Of a DNA stretch of 64,000 nucleotides, positions 47,033 to 57,089 are shown piece after piece. The translations under genes and the position numbers were made by a program. Within the stretch, counting starts at the first letter, position 1. Each line of letters starts with the position of its first letter. This DNA is from Brevundimonas sp. (lineage in GTDB: Bacteria; Pseudomonadota; Alphaproteobacteria; Caulobacterales; Caulobacteraceae). The stretch covers positions 1,831,302-1,895,301 of the forward strand of contig NZ_OZ257124.1 of the NCBI RefSeq assembly GCF_965278935.1, read 5' to 3'. The notes below the pieces were generated by a model. It made no database searches. It was not told the DNA's origin and worked only from the letters and a program-made list of their open reading frames with translations.

Positions 47033-48232
47033 TCAGCCGGGCAGGGCGGCGAGAAGGTCTTCGGCGAGGGCGCCCCGCGGCTTGACCTCGACCCGCTGCA
47101 GACCCAGCCAGCCCGCCATCCGGACCAGTTCACCCGCCAGCCGCGAGGCGGTCTCCGGCGTCGCCAGCGGCTCGCGCCAGGCGGCCTGGACCAGCAGGAC
47201 GCCGGCCTGACGGTCGGCCTTGAGATCGACCCGCGCGGTGATCGACTCGTCCTCGAGGAAGGGCAGGACGTAGTAGCCGTGGGCCCGCTTGTGCGCCGGG
47301 GTGTAGATCTCCAGCCGGATGCGGACGTCGAACAGCCTTTCGGTCCGGTCGCGGAACCAGATCAGGTTGTCGAAGGGGGAGAGCAGGGCGGCGCCCTCGA
47401 TCTTTCGCGGACGGCGGGCGTCCGGGGCGACATAGGCCGTGTTGCGCCAGCCGGGAACCGAGACCGGCGTCAGGATGCCCTCCTCGACAAGTTCGGCGAC
47501 GCGGTCCTTGAAGCCTTCGACCGGCAGGCGGAAATAGTCGCGCAGATCGGCGGCCGTGGCGACGCCCATGGCTCCGGCAGCGATGCGGATCAGGTCGCGC
47601 TGGGCGTCGGCCTCGGACGGTGTGGGCAGGTTCTGGATCGCGGACGGAATGACCCGCTCGGTCAGGTCATAGACCCGCTCGAAGCCGCGCCGGGTCTTCG
47701 TCGTGATCAGCCCGGCCCAGAACAGCCATTCCAGCGCCCGCTTGCCGTCGGACCATTCCCACCAGCCGGGCTTGCCGCGTGGACCGGTGGCGAAGTCGGC
47801 GCCGGTGACAGGGCCGCGCCGTTCGATCTCGGCCAGGACGCCGTCAATATAGTCGCGCCGCTCTCGGCCGAAGCGGTTGAGGCCGGTCCAGATGCCGTGA
47901 CCGTCGCGCGCCCGCTCCATTCGCCATCGCACCAGTGGTTGGGTTTCGATGGGCATCAGCGAGGCCTCATGGCCCCAGTATTCGAACAGGGACGGCTTTT
48001 TGCCCCAGGCCTCGGCCTCCAGCATCTCGCGCGGATAGGCGCCGAGGCGAGAAAAGGCGGGCAGGTAGTGGGTGCGGCTGACGACGTTGACGCTATCGAT
48101 CTGGATCACGCCCAGACGCCGGGCCGTGTCGCGGAACTGGCGCGTTCCGGCGGTCGGAGGACGGGCTTTGCCAAACCCTTGGGCGGCCAGGGCCATGCGT
48201 CGAGCGAGGGCGGGCGAGATCTGTTCGGTCAT
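47033..48232 (-). CDS. YcaQ-like winged-helix DNA glycosylase family protein
   Basis: 'IQIDSVNVV.R.HY....SRLG', 'EYWGHEAS', 'LLSPFDNL', 'EIYTPAHKR..GYYVLPFL'. Confidence 0.9.
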   Translation of the reverse strand: MTEQISPALARRMALAAQGFGKARPPTAGTRQFRDTARRLGVIQIDSVNVVSRTHYLPAFSRLGAYPREMLEAEAWGKKPSLFEYWGHEASLMPIETQPLVRWRMERARDGHGIWTGLNRFGRERRDYIDGVLAEIERRGPVTGADFATGPRGKPGWWEWSDGKRALEWLFWAGLITTKTRRGFERVYDLTERVIPSAIQNLPTPSEADAQRDLIRIAAGAMGVATAADLRDYFRLPVEGFKDRVAELVEEGILTPVSVPGWRNTAYVAPDARRPRKIEGAALLSPFDNLIWFRDRTERLFDVRIRLEIYTPAHKRAHGYYVLPFLEDESITARVDLKADRQAGVLLVQAAWREPLATPETASRLAGELVRMAGWLGLQRVEVKPRGALAEDLLAALPG

Positions 48233-48245
48233 GGTCGGGCCGACC

Positions 48246-49586
48246 CTATCCGGTGACCTCTGCGATGTCCCGTCGGCGCGTCTCGGTCCAGAGATCGAGG
48301 TCCGTTTCCCGCCCGATCAGAGCCAGACCCGAGGCGATCGATTCGAACTCGCCGCCGGTCTCGATCTTCGCCGGGTCGAATCGGCGGTGGAAGATGTCGC
48401 GCACCGCCGGGACGAAGGAGGTGCCGCCGGTCAGGAAGACGCGGTCGATCCGGTCAGGGGTCAGACCGGCCTGATCGATGGCCTGGTCGACCGCGCCCTC
48501 GATGGCCGCCAGTTCCGGGGCGATCCAGGCTTCGAACTCCGAACGGGCGACCGGGGCTTCGAGGCGAATGGACCCGGCGTCGAAGACGAAGGTCGCGGCC
48601 TCATCGCGCGACAGGTCCATCTTCAGGCGCGAGATGGCCTGGTAGAGGGCATAGCCGTGGTTGTCGTCGAGCACCTCGATCAGCCGTTCGACCTTGTCGG
48701 GCTCCACAGCGGTGCGGGCGAGGCTGCGGATGTCCTTCATGTCGCGCGAGGCCCGCAGCAGGGCCAACTGATCCCAGCGGGCAAAGGCGGCGTAGTAGCG
48801 CTGGGGGATGGGCAGGACCTTGCCGACGCTCCGGTACGAACCACCCTTGCCCAGGGCCGGCGACACAAGCTGGTCGATGATGCGGTAGTCGAAGGCGTCC
48901 CCGGCCACGCCCACGCCGGACCGGGCCAGCGGCGTCGACCGCAGCCCGTCGGGAGACGGTTCGAAACGGACGATAGAAAAGTCACTGGTGCCGCCGCCGA
49001 AGTCGGCGACGAGGACGGTCGCAGCCTGGGTCAGGTTGCGGGCGAAGAAGAAGGCCGCGCCGACGGGCTCATAGGCATAGCGGATGTCGGTGAAGCCCAG
49101 TCGCTCGAACGCCTTTTGATAGCGTTCAAGGGCGAGGTCCGCGTTGGGCGAGCCGCCCGCGAAGGTCACCGGACGGCCGACGATCACGCGAGGCGGAAGG
49201 TCGTCCATCGCTGCGCCGGCATGGTGGCGGACCCGCAGCAGGAAGGCGGACAGCAGGTCCTCGAACCCGTAGCGGCGGTTGTCGATCACCGTCTCGGTGA
49301 AGGCGGCGCTGGCGGCGAAGGTCTTGAACGACTGGATGAAGCGGGTGTCGAGCGGATCCTCGACATAGGCCTCGATGGCCCAGGGACCGGCCTCGACCAC
49401 GCGCTCGGGCGTCGCGCCGTCGGCGCCCTGATGAAGCTGGAAGCTCAGCGTCGAGCGGAAGGTGGCCAGATCGCCGCCGGGCGCCTCGAAGCGAATGACG
49501 ACCGCGTCGCCGTCGCCCGAGGTCAGGGCCACGACCGTGTTGGTAGTGCCGAAATCGATGCCGATCGTCGCGGGGCGCGGAATCAT
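48246..49586 (-). CDS. Hsp70-family protein lacking the substrate-binding domain (YegD-like)
   Basis: 'IGIDFGTTN', 'YEPVGAA', 'ADFGGGTSDFS', 'FLTGGTS.VP'. Confidence 0.9.
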   Translation of the reverse strand: MIPRPATIGIDFGTTNTVVALTSGDGDAVVIRFEAPGGDLATFRSTLSFQLHQGADGATPERVVEAGPWAIEAYVEDPLDTRFIQSFKTFAASAAFTETVIDNRRYGFEDLLSAFLLRVRHHAGAAMDDLPPRVIVGRPVTFAGGSPNADLALERYQKAFERLGFTDIRYAYEPVGAAFFFARNLTQAATVLVADFGGGTSDFSIVRFEPSPDGLRSTPLARSGVGVAGDAFDYRIIDQLVSPALGKGGSYRSVGKVLPIPQRYYAAFARWDQLALLRASRDMKDIRSLARTAVEPDKVERLIEVLDDNHGYALYQAISRLKMDLSRDEAATFVFDAGSIRLEAPVARSEFEAWIAPELAAIEGAVDQAIDQAGLTPDRIDRVFLTGGTSFVPAVRDIFHRRFDPAKIETGGEFESIASGLALIGRETDLDLWTETRRRDIAEVTG

Positions 49587-49692
49587 GAGCGAAGCCTCGG
49601 AAAGCGACCGGACGGCGCTGGTGGGTCTGTCGTGCCTGTATGTCCGCCAGAAAGGCGGTAGCGCCGTATCGAAATCGGGCTAAAGCGCCGAG

Positions 49693-49767
49693 TGGCTCCG
49701 CGGGTAGGATTCGAACCTACGACCAGCCGATTAACAGTCGGCTGCTCTACCACTGAGCTACCGCGGA
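49693..49767 (-). tRNA. tRNA-Asn (GTT)
   Basis: Reverse strand TCCGCGGTAGCTCAGTGGTAGAGCAGCCGACT-GTT-AATCGGCTGGTCGTAGGTTCGAATCCTACCCGCGGAGCCA; cloverleaf with encoded CCA. Confidence 0.97.
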
Positions 49768-49823
49768 ACAGGGGCTCGGGAGGCGGGCCTATAGCAGCGG
49801 CCTTCTTGATTGTGCAACGGGAA

Positions 49824-50639
49824 ATGTCAGCCAACAGCGTTCAGTTCATCGACGATCCCGCCGATCCCCGCGTGGCGGCCTATCGAGACATCCGCGAGCG
49901 CGACCTGACGGGGCGCGAAGGGCTGTTCGTGGCGGAGGGGGAGGTGGTGATCCGCACCCTGCTGTCGCCCGCGTCCCTGTGCCGGGCGCGGTCGCTGCTG
50001 ATCGCGGCGAATCGCGTTGAGGCGCAGGGCGAACTGATCGCGGCAGCCGGCGAGACGCCGGTCTATGCGGCGTCGCAGGCGGTCATGGATGCGATCGCCG
50101 GCTTTCCCCTGCATCGCGGCCTGCTGGCGCTCGGGGAGAAGCCGGTCGAGCGGACGGTCGAGGATGTTCTGGCGACCCTGCCCGAGGACTGCGTGGTCCT
50201 GGCCTGCGCCGGGATCGGCAATCACGACAACATGGGCGGCCTGTTCCGGAACGCGGCGGCGTTCGGGGCGGCGGCGGTGCTGAGGGACGAGCGCTGCTGC
50301 GATCCCTTCTATCGCAAGGCGATCCGCGTCTCCGTGGGGGCGGTGCTGAGGACGCCGGGCGCCAGCGCGTCGTCGCTGGAAAGCCTGATCGGCGCCCTGC
50401 AGTCGGCGCGGTTCGAGGTGATCGCCCTGTCGCCGGGCGCGACGGAGCCACTGGCCGGGCTGGCGGGCGGCGGCCGGAAGGCCGTTCTGGTCGGTTCTGA
50501 GGGACCGGGCCTGCCGTCGGAGATCATGGCGCGGGTCAGGACCGTCGGCATCCCGATGGCGGGCGGTTTCGACTCCCTCAATGTCGCCGTGACCAGCGCA
50601 CTCGCCCTCTACCAGATGACCACCGTGTCGATTCGCTGA
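49824..50639 (+). CDS. TrmH/SpoU-family RNA methyltransferase
   Basis: 'FVAEG', 'HRGLLA', 'NHDNMGGLFRNAAAFG', 'VGSEGPGL', 'FDSLNVA'; start ATG 49824. Confidence 0.93.
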   Translation: MSANSVQFIDDPADPRVAAYRDIRERDLTGREGLFVAEGEVVIRTLLSPASLCRARSLLIAANRVEAQGELIAAAGETPVYAASQAVMDAIAGFPLHRGLLALGEKPVERTVEDVLATLPEDCVVLACAGIGNHDNMGGLFRNAAAFGAAAVLRDERCCDPFYRKAIRVSVGAVLRTPGASASSLESLIGALQSARFEVIALSPGATEPLAGLAGGGRKAVLVGSEGPGLPSEIMARVRTVGIPMAGGFDSLNVAVTSALALYQMTTVSIR

Positions 50640-50726
50640 CAGTCGCGTGATTTCAGCGCGTTAACGCTTCATACACCTTGATGAACGTTGATTTCCATGC
50701 CGCTATGGACGTCCGGGGAGGACGAC

Positions 50727-50843
50727 ATGGCTGGTATTCTGGGGTTCATGAGCCGCAATGTGCGGATCGCAGTGGCGATCGGCGTCGTGGCAGCGGCTGT
50801 CGGCGGCGCCGGCGCGATCGGCTGGCTGACCGCGCCGATCTGA
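50727..50843 (+). CDS. Putative 38-aa single-pass membrane peptide (not in ORF track)
   Basis: GGGGAGG RBS then ATG; MAGILGFMSRNVRIAVAIGVVAAAVGGAGAIGWLTAPI*. Confidence 0.65.
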   Translation: MAGILGFMSRNVRIAVAIGVVAAAVGGAGAIGWLTAPI

Positions 50844-50873
50844 AAATCATCATCGATCTCAACGAGATCGCGA

Positions 50874-50947
50874 TGGAGGCCTGACCGGGAATCGAACCCG
50901 GGTGCAAGGATTTGCAGTCCTCTGCGTCACCACTCCGCCATCAGGCC
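50874..50947 (-). tRNA. tRNA-Cys (GCA)
   Basis: Reverse strand GGCCTGATGGCGGAGTGGTGACGCAGAGGACT-GCA-AATCCTTGCACCCGGGTTCGATTCCCGGTCAGGCCTCCA. Confidence 0.97.
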
Positions 50948-51103
50948 ATAGGGCTTTTTGAAAGGCCCCCAGATCGCGAGGGGCGTTCGCTATCAGATCG
51001 CCTCTGTTGCTGCAACGCGATTGTCGCATGCGGCGCACGGACCTATAAGCGCGCCAGATTTCCGGCCGGGCCGGTCGCTTTCGCTTCAGGGATTCCACGT
51101 CAC

Positions 51104-51733
51104 ATGGATTACGCCGCCGCTCGCAAGGTCATGGTGGACTCCCAGGTCCGGGTGAACGACGTCACCGACCGCACCCTTCAGGCCGCTCTGATGACCGTGC
51201 CGCGCGAGCGGTTCTGCGCCCCGGACCAGGCCTTCGCCGCCTATGGCGAGGTCGAGGTCGAGATCGCCGCCGGTCGCCGCCTGATGCAGGTCCGCGAGGT
51301 CTCCAAACTGATCCAAGCGCTGGACGCCCGCGAAGGCGAGACGGCGCTCGCCATCGCGGGCCCCTACGCCGCCGCCGTGCTGGCGGCCATGAAGGTTTCG
51401 GTCACGGCCCAGGAAGCGGACCAGTCCGTTCTCGACGTCGTCGGACCGGCCCTCGCCGATGCCGGTGTCGCCGGGGTCGTGGCGCCCCTGGGCCAGCCGA
51501 CCGGCGGCGAATGGGACATCATCGTCTCCGAAGGCGCTGTGACGGTTCGGCCGACGGCCTGGCTGGCGGCGCTGCGTGTCGGCGGCCGTCTGGCGGTCGT
51601 CGAGCGTCCGGGCCCGAATGGCCGGGCGGTTCTGTATGTGAAGGGGCGTGAAGGCGTCTCGCGTCGCGAACTGTTCGACGCCGCCCCGCCGGTGCTGGCT
51701 GAAATGACACCGGCCCCCGCATTCGCCCTCTGA
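51104..51733 (+). CDS. pcm: Protein-L-isoaspartate O-methyltransferase family protein
   Basis: 'ARKVMVDSQVR.NDV', 'VPRERF', 'WDIIVSEGAV', 'GGRLAVV'; pcm-tolC-popZ-valS synteny. The SAM-binding GxGxG loop looks degenerate. Confidence 0.8.
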   Translation: MDYAAARKVMVDSQVRVNDVTDRTLQAALMTVPRERFCAPDQAFAAYGEVEVEIAAGRRLMQVREVSKLIQALDAREGETALAIAGPYAAAVLAAMKVSVTAQEADQSVLDVVGPALADAGVAGVVAPLGQPTGGEWDIIVSEGAVTVRPTAWLAALRVGGRLAVVERPGPNGRAVLYVKGREGVSRRELFDAAPPVLAEMTPAPAFAL

Positions 51734-51863
51734 TTGACGCGATTTCGACGGAGTGCGGTGGCGGTCGCGTGAAAAAAACTTAACTGGCGTAGCTGTAGGC
51801 GGTCACGCACTAGGCCTGCGAAGAGATATCGGCGCCGTCTGCGACGCCCATCGGGATACTGTC

Positions 51864-53408
51864 ATGTTCAAACGCTCGCGCGCACTTGCTTCCGTCGCCC
51901 TGATCGCCGTCACGGCGGGTGTGGCCGCCCCCGCGTGGGCCGAGACCCTGCAGGAGGCCATCGCCCTGGCCTACCGCACCAATCCGACGCTTCAGGGCCA
52001 GCGCGCCCAACAGCGCGCCCTGGACGAGGCGGTGCCCCAGGCCCGCGCCGGTCTGCGCCCGACCGTGTCGGTCAGCGGTTCGAGCCGCTACACGCGCACC
52101 GACTCGCCGAACTCGCCGGGAGTCGATCTGAACGGCGACGGCCTCTTCACCGGCCCCTTTGACACCCCGCCCAGCAACAACATCAACGAGACGGATTCGG
52201 TTGGCGCCAGCATCGGCGTGGATCAAACCCTCTATTCGGGCGGCCGTATCGCCCGCGGGATCGACGCCGCCGAAGCCTCCGTCCTGAGCGGTCGCGAATC
52301 CCTCCGCAGCATCGAACAACAGGTCCTGGGCGCCGTAATCCAGGCCTATGTCGACGTGCAGCGTGACGTCGAAATCCTGCGCATCCGCGAAGCCAATCTG
52401 TCGGTCCTGCGCCGCCAGCTGGACGAGTCCAACGCCCGGTTCGAAGTCGGCGAAATCACCCGCACCGACGTCTCGCAGTCGGAGGCCCGTCTGGCCCAGT
52501 CGGAAGCCGACCTCGCCGGCGCCCAGGCCCAGTTGTCCGTCTCGCGCGCCTCCTATGCCGCCGTCGTCGGCCAGGCCCCGACCAATCTGGAAACGCCGCC
52601 GGCCCTGCCGGGCGTTCCGACGGACTTCGAAGTCGCCCTGGACATCGGCCTGGCCGAGAACCCCAGCCTGCTGGCCGCCGAGTACCAGTTGCAGGAGGCC
52701 GAGGCCCGTCACGCCCAGGCCCGTTCCGCCTATCTGCCGTCCGTGGGCCTCTCCAGCTCCTATGGCGGCTCGACGCCCATCAGCGGCTTCGACCTGTCGG
52801 ATCGCACGACCACCTTCCAGGCCGGCGTCAGCCTCTCGGTGCCGCTCTTCACCGGCGGGCTGAACAGCTCGCGCGTGGCCCAGGCTCTGGAACAGGCCAA
52901 TGCCGCCAAGATTGAGATCGATCGCCAGAAGCGCTCCGTGCTGCAGGGCGTCTCCAGCGCCTATGCCCAGGTCGTCTCGAACCGGTCTCAGCTCGAGGCC
53001 GGCGTCGCCGGCGTCAGCGCCGCCCGGGTGGCCGCCGAGGGCGTCCGTCAGGAGCAGCAGGTCGGCCTGCGCACCACCCTCGACGTGCTGAACGGCGAGC
53101 TGGAGCTGCGCAACGCCGAGATCAACCTCGCCGTGGCCAAGCGCAATCTCTATGTCGCCCAGGCGTCGCTGCTGACCTCGATGGGGCGGCTGAGCGGCGA
53201 GGACCTGAACCCGGCCATCGAAATCTACGATCCGGCCGCAAATGCCCAACGCGTCCGCCTTCGCGGCGCCGTGCCGTGGGACGTCCTGGTCGAGACCCTG
53301 GACCGCATCGCCGCTCCGCCGATCACCCCGGCGAACGACACCGAGAACGCGCCGATCGACACCCAGCTTGACGGCGAGATCGTCCGGACCGCGCCGAACT
53401 CGAACTGA
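51864..53408 (+). CDS. tolC: TolC-family outer membrane efflux protein
   Basis: 'AETLQEAIALAY.TNP', 'YLPSV', 'VPLFTGG', 'GLRTTLDVLN.E.EL'. Confidence 0.93.
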   Translation: MFKRSRALASVALIAVTAGVAAPAWAETLQEAIALAYRTNPTLQGQRAQQRALDEAVPQARAGLRPTVSVSGSSRYTRTDSPNSPGVDLNGDGLFTGPFDTPPSNNINETDSVGASIGVDQTLYSGGRIARGIDAAEASVLSGRESLRSIEQQVLGAVIQAYVDVQRDVEILRIREANLSVLRRQLDESNARFEVGEITRTDVSQSEARLAQSEADLAGAQAQLSVSRASYAAVVGQAPTNLETPPALPGVPTDFEVALDIGLAENPSLLAAEYQLQEAEARHAQARSAYLPSVGLSSSYGGSTPISGFDLSDRTTTFQAGVSLSVPLFTGGLNSSRVAQALEQANAAKIEIDRQKRSVLQGVSSAYAQVVSNRSQLEAGVAGVSAARVAAEGVRQEQQVGLRTTLDVLNGELELRNAEINLAVAKRNLYVAQASLLTSMGRLSGEDLNPAIEIYDPAANAQRVRLRGAVPWDVLVETLDRIAAPPITPANDTENAPIDTQLDGEIVRTAPNSN

Positions 53409-53567
53409 CGCCTGCGGATTAACCAGCAAGGCGAAAAACGGCCGTTGATTCCCACGGGCGTTGATGCGACGAAATGAATGGGGCAGGGCTGAACGTCGGC
53501 TCCGATCCACTTTGTTCGTCACGCGTGGGCCCGGAACGGTCGGCGCAGGTTCTTCGAAGGCCCGATC

Positions 53568-54161
53568 ATGACCGACACCACCGCCCAGGAACCGACGATG
53601 GAGGAGATCCTGGCGTCGATCCGCCGGATCATCTCCGAAGACGACGCGCCCGCCGCCGAAGCGGCCCCGACGCCGCAACCGGAGCCCGTCGAAGAGGCTT
53701 CGCCCGCCCTGATGGACGAGACTCCGTCGATCCAGGAGCCCGAACCCGAAGAAGAGATTCTCGACCTGACCGACCGCTATGAGGCCCCGGCCGCCCAGAC
53801 GATCGGCGATCTGGATGTGACCGCCCCGGCCGACCCGGAACCCGAGCCCTTCCCGACCTCCTTCGCAGAGCCGGAACGTCCGGCGGCCCGCGAGTCCGAG
53901 CCCAGCACCTCGTCCGTGCCCTACGACTCCCTCGTCGGCGAAAGCGCTGCCGCGGCGTCCGCCAGCGCCTTCGCCGGCCTGTCCGCCGCCTTCCGTCAAC
54001 CCGAGCCGGTTCCGACCGGCGGGGTCGGCCCGACCATCGACGACCTCGCCCGCAGCCTGCTGCGCCCGATGCTGAAGGACTGGCTCGACGCCAACCTGCC
54101 CGGCATCGTCGAGGCGGCGGTAAAGAAGGAAGTCGAACGCATCTCCCGCAGCGCGGGCTAG
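53568..54161 (+). CDS. popZ: Polar organizing protein PopZ
   Basis: N-terminal 'EPTMEEILASIRRIISED', acidic Pro-rich linker, C-terminal 'LLRPMLKDWLDANLP.IVE..V..EVERI'. Confidence 0.96.
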   Translation: MTDTTAQEPTMEEILASIRRIISEDDAPAAEAAPTPQPEPVEEASPALMDETPSIQEPEPEEEILDLTDRYEAPAAQTIGDLDVTAPADPEPEPFPTSFAEPERPAARESEPSTSSVPYDSLVGESAAAASASAFAGLSAAFRQPEPVPTGGVGPTIDDLARSLLRPMLKDWLDANLPGIVEAAVKKEVERISRSAG

Positions 54162-54190
54162 CCCCGCTCGCCACCGGCGACTAAGACCAG

Positions 54191-54219
54191 AAGGGGCGGC
54201 TCTCACGGGCCGCCCCTTC
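54191..54219 (+). terminator. Terminator-like hairpin after popZ
   Basis: AAGGGGCGGC-TCTCACGG-GCCGCCCCTT. Confidence 0.7.
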
Positions 54220-54278
54220 GCATTTGAGGCCTCCCTTATCCAGCGACGCGCCGCGCGCGGAGCGATAGGGAAAAAGAG

Positions 54279-57089
54279 ATGACCATGCTCGACAAGTCCT
54301 TCGACCCCACCGCCGCCGAACCGCGCCTCTACGCCCAGTGGGAGGCCTCCGGCGCCTTCTCGCCGAAGACGGATGGAGCGGCTGAGGCCTATTCGATCGT
54401 CATCCCGCCGCCGAACGTGACGGGGTCGCTGCACATCGGCCACGCGCTGAATAACACCCTGCAGGACATCTTGGCTCGCTATCACCGGATGCGCGGCAAG
54501 TCGGTCCTGTGGCTGCCGGGCACGGACCATGCGGGCATCGCCACCCAGATGGTGGTCGAGCGGCAGCTGGCCGCCGCTGGCAGTGTCGGACGCCGGGAGA
54601 TGGGTCGCGAGGCCTTCGTCGAGAAGATCTGGGAGTGGAAGGCCGAGAGCGGCGGGACCATCGTCCAGCAACTGCGTCGCCTGGGCGCGTCGTGCGACTG
54701 GTCGCGCGAGCGGTTCACGCTCGACGAGGGGCTGAACGCCGCCGTCCGCAAGGTCTTCGTCAAGCTGCATCAGGACGGACTGATCTATCGCGACAAGCGA
54801 CTGGTGAACTGGGACCCGCAGTTCCAGACAGCCATCTCGGACCTGGAGGTCGAGCAGCGCGAGGTCGAGGGCGCCTACTGGCATTTCGCCTATCCGCTGG
54901 CCGACGGCGTGACCTACGAACACCCGATCGCGTTCGACGAGGACGGGAAGGCGACAGAGTTCGAGACGCGCGACTTCATCGTCGTGGCCACGACCCGGCC
55001 GGAGACCATGCTGGGCGACACCGGCGTGGCCGTGCACCCGGATGACGAGCGCTATGCCTCAATCGTCGGCGCCAAGGTCGTGCTGCCGATTACGGGCCGC
55101 CATATCCCCATCGTGGCCGATGAGTATGCTGATCCGACCAAGGGATCCGGCGCGGTCAAGATCACCCCGGCCCACGACTTCAACGACTTCCAAGTCGGCA
55201 AGCGTGCCGGGCTTCCATCGATCAACGTCTTGGACGCCTTCGCCCGGATCGTGGGCACCCACCTCGTTGACTCGAAATTCGAGCAGGCCGAGGGCGAGTA
55301 CAATGATTCCGGCGAGGAGAGTGCTTGGTCCCGTGAGCAGCAGGACGAAATCCACTATATCCCCGTAGAGCTTCAAGGCTTGGACCGGTTTGCTGCCCGG
55401 AAGGCGATTGTCGCCCGCGCCGAGCACGAAGGCTGGCTGCGCGAGATCGAGAAGACCCGGCACGTCGTGCCGCACGGCGACCGTTCCGGCGTGGTCATCG
55501 AGCCGTGGCTGACGGACCAGTGGTACGTCGACGCCCATACCCTGGCCCAGCCGGCGCTGAAGGCGGTCGAGACTGGCGACACGGTGTTCGAGCCGAAGTC
55601 CTACGAGAAGATCTATTTCGAGTGGCTGCGCAACATCGAGCCCTGGTGCATCTCGCGCCAGCTCTGGTGGGGGCACCGCATCCCCGCCTGGTACGACGCC
55701 GACGGCAAGATCTACGTCGCCGAGACCGAGGCCGAGGCTGTCGCCCAATCCGGCGGCAAGGCCCTGACGCAGGACGAGGACGTTCTCGACACCTGGTTCT
55801 CCTCGGCACTGTGGCCGTTCTCGACCATGGGCTGGCCGGGGAAGACCGACGATCTGGAGCGGTTCTATCCGACCAGCGACCTCGTCACGGCGGCGGACAT
55901 CATCTTCTTCTGGGTCGCCCGGATGATGATGATGGGCCTGCACTTCATGGACGAGGTCCCGTTCAGGCGGGTCATCATCAACGGCCTCGTCCGCGACGAG
56001 AAGGGCCAGAAGATGAGCAAATCCAAGGGGAACGTCATCGACCCCCTGGTCATCATCGACGAGCTGGGCGCCGATCCCCTGCGCTTCACCATGGCCATCC
56101 TGTCGGGCACGCGCGATATCAAGCTGTCGAAGCAGCGGATCGAGGGCTATCGCAACTTCGGCACCAAGCTGTGGAACGCCGCCCGGTTCTCCGAGATGAA
56201 CGAGGCGGTCCGCGTCACCGGCTTCGACCCGGCGACCGTCGAGCAGACGATCAACCGCTGGGTTCGCGGCGAGCTGACCAAGGCCGAGCGCGCCGTGTCG
56301 GAAGCGGTCGAGGGCGGGCGTTTCGACGACGCAGCCTCGGCGCTCTACAGGTTCGTCTGGAACGTCTTCTGCGACTGGTATCTGGAGCTGGCCAAGCCGG
56401 TGTTCCAGGGCGCCGATGAGGCGGCGAAGGCCGAGACGCGGGCGATGACGGCCTGGACCCTGGACCAGACGCTGAAGCTGCTGCATCCGGTCATGCCGTT
56501 CATCACCGAGGAGTTGTGGGCCGAACTCGGCAAGGAGGGTGCGCCACGCGACGAGGCGACCCTGATCGGCGCCGCCTGGCCCGTGCTGCCGGACGCCTTC
56601 ATCGACGCTGAAGCCGAGGCGGAGATCGGCTGGCTGGTCGATCTGGTCGGGGAGGTGCGCGGCCTGCGCGCCGAGATGAACGTGCCGCCGGGGGCCAAGC
56701 CGCCGCTGACCTTCGTCGCTCCGGACGCGCCCACGTCGGACAGGGCCACGCGGCACCGCGACCTGATCCTGACGCTCGCGCGGGTGTCCGAAGTGGCGTC
56801 GGCGGATGCGGCGCCGGCCGGGGCTGTGACCTTCGTGTCGGGCGGCTCGGCGGCGGCTCTGTCGCTGGCCGGGATCATCGATCTGACGGCCGAACGCGCC
56901 CGCCTGACCAAGGAGATCGCCGCCTTCGAGAGCGACGTGGGCCATGTGATGAAGAAGCTGGGCAACCCGAACTTCGTCGAACGCGCGGCCCCGGCCGTGA
57001 TCGACGAACAGCGCGCCAAGCTGGCCGAGGCCGAGGCGGGCAAGGCGCGGCTGGAAGCGGCTCTGTCCCGGCTGGCCGATCTTGGCTGA
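54279..57089 (+). CDS. valS: Valine--tRNA ligase
   Basis: '[14 protein letters not shown]' HIGH, '[10 protein letters not shown]', '[11 protein letters not shown]', 'KMSKS', C-terminal coiled coil. Confidence 0.98.
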   Translation: MTMLDKSFDPTAAEPRLYAQWEASGAFSPKTDGAAEAYSIVIPPPNVTGSLHIGHALNNTLQDILARYHRMRGKSVLWLPGTDHAGIATQMVVERQLAAAGSVGRREMGREAFVEKIWEWKAESGGTIVQQLRRLGASCDWSRERFTLDEGLNAAVRKVFVKLHQDGLIYRDKRLVNWDPQFQTAISDLEVEQREVEGAYWHFAYPLADGVTYEHPIAFDEDGKATEFETRDFIVVATTRPETMLGDTGVAVHPDDERYASIVGAKVVLPITGRHIPIVADEYADPTKGSGAVKITPAHDFNDFQVGKRAGLPSINVLDAFARIVGTHLVDSKFEQAEGEYNDSGEESAWSREQQDEIHYIPVELQGLDRFAARKAIVARAEHEGWLREIEKTRHVVPHGDRSGVVIEPWLTDQWYVDAHTLAQPALKAVETGDTVFEPKSYEKIYFEWLRNIEPWCISRQLWWGHRIPAWYDADGKIYVAETEAEAVAQSGGKALTQDEDVLDTWFSSALWPFSTMGWPGKTDDLERFYPTSDLVTAADIIFFWVARMMMMGLHFMDEVPFRRVIINGLVRDEKGQKMSKSKGNVIDPLVIIDELGADPLRFTMAILSGTRDIKLSKQRIEGYRNFGTKLWNAARFSEMNEAVRVTGFDPATVEQTINRWVRGELTKAERAVSEAVEGGRFDDAASALYRFVWNVFCDWYLELAKPVFQGADEAAKAETRAMTAWTLDQTLKLLHPVMPFITEELWAELGKEGAPRDEATLIGAAWPVLPDAFIDAEAEAEIGWLVDLVGEVRGLRAEMNVPPGAKPPLTFVAPDAPTSDRATRHRDLILTLARVSEVASADAAPAGAVTFVSGGSAAALSLAGIIDLTAERARLTKEIAAFESDVGHVMKKLGNPNFVERAAPAVIDEQRAKLAEAEAGKARLEAALSRLADLG

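Noticed and set aside
49692-49823. N-terminal extension of the TrmH ORF as given in the ORF track
   Set aside because: It is the antisense translation of tRNA-Asn; the real start is ATG 49824.
45074-50947. Genomic island integrated at tRNA-Asn or tRNA-Cys
   Set aside because: No integrase, no duplicated tRNA 3' end (att site) seen, and flanking genes have host-like composition.
53568-54161. Highly acidic Pro-rich disordered region of popZ as a novelty
   Set aside because: This is the established PopZ architecture, in its usual pcm-tolC-popZ-valS context.
45039-54219. Near-identical hairpins AAGGGGCGGC...GCCGCCCCTT at 45039 and 54191 as a repeat family
   Set aside because: Both sit directly after stop codons with different loops; this is the common terminator style in these genomes.
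51810-55037. 1075-aa minus-strand ORF and many similar long antisense ORFs (e.g. 40844-43036, 14635-16533, 55059-56945)
   Set aside because: Shadow ORFs opposite well-supported genes, as expected in high-GC DNA; no motifs or RBS.
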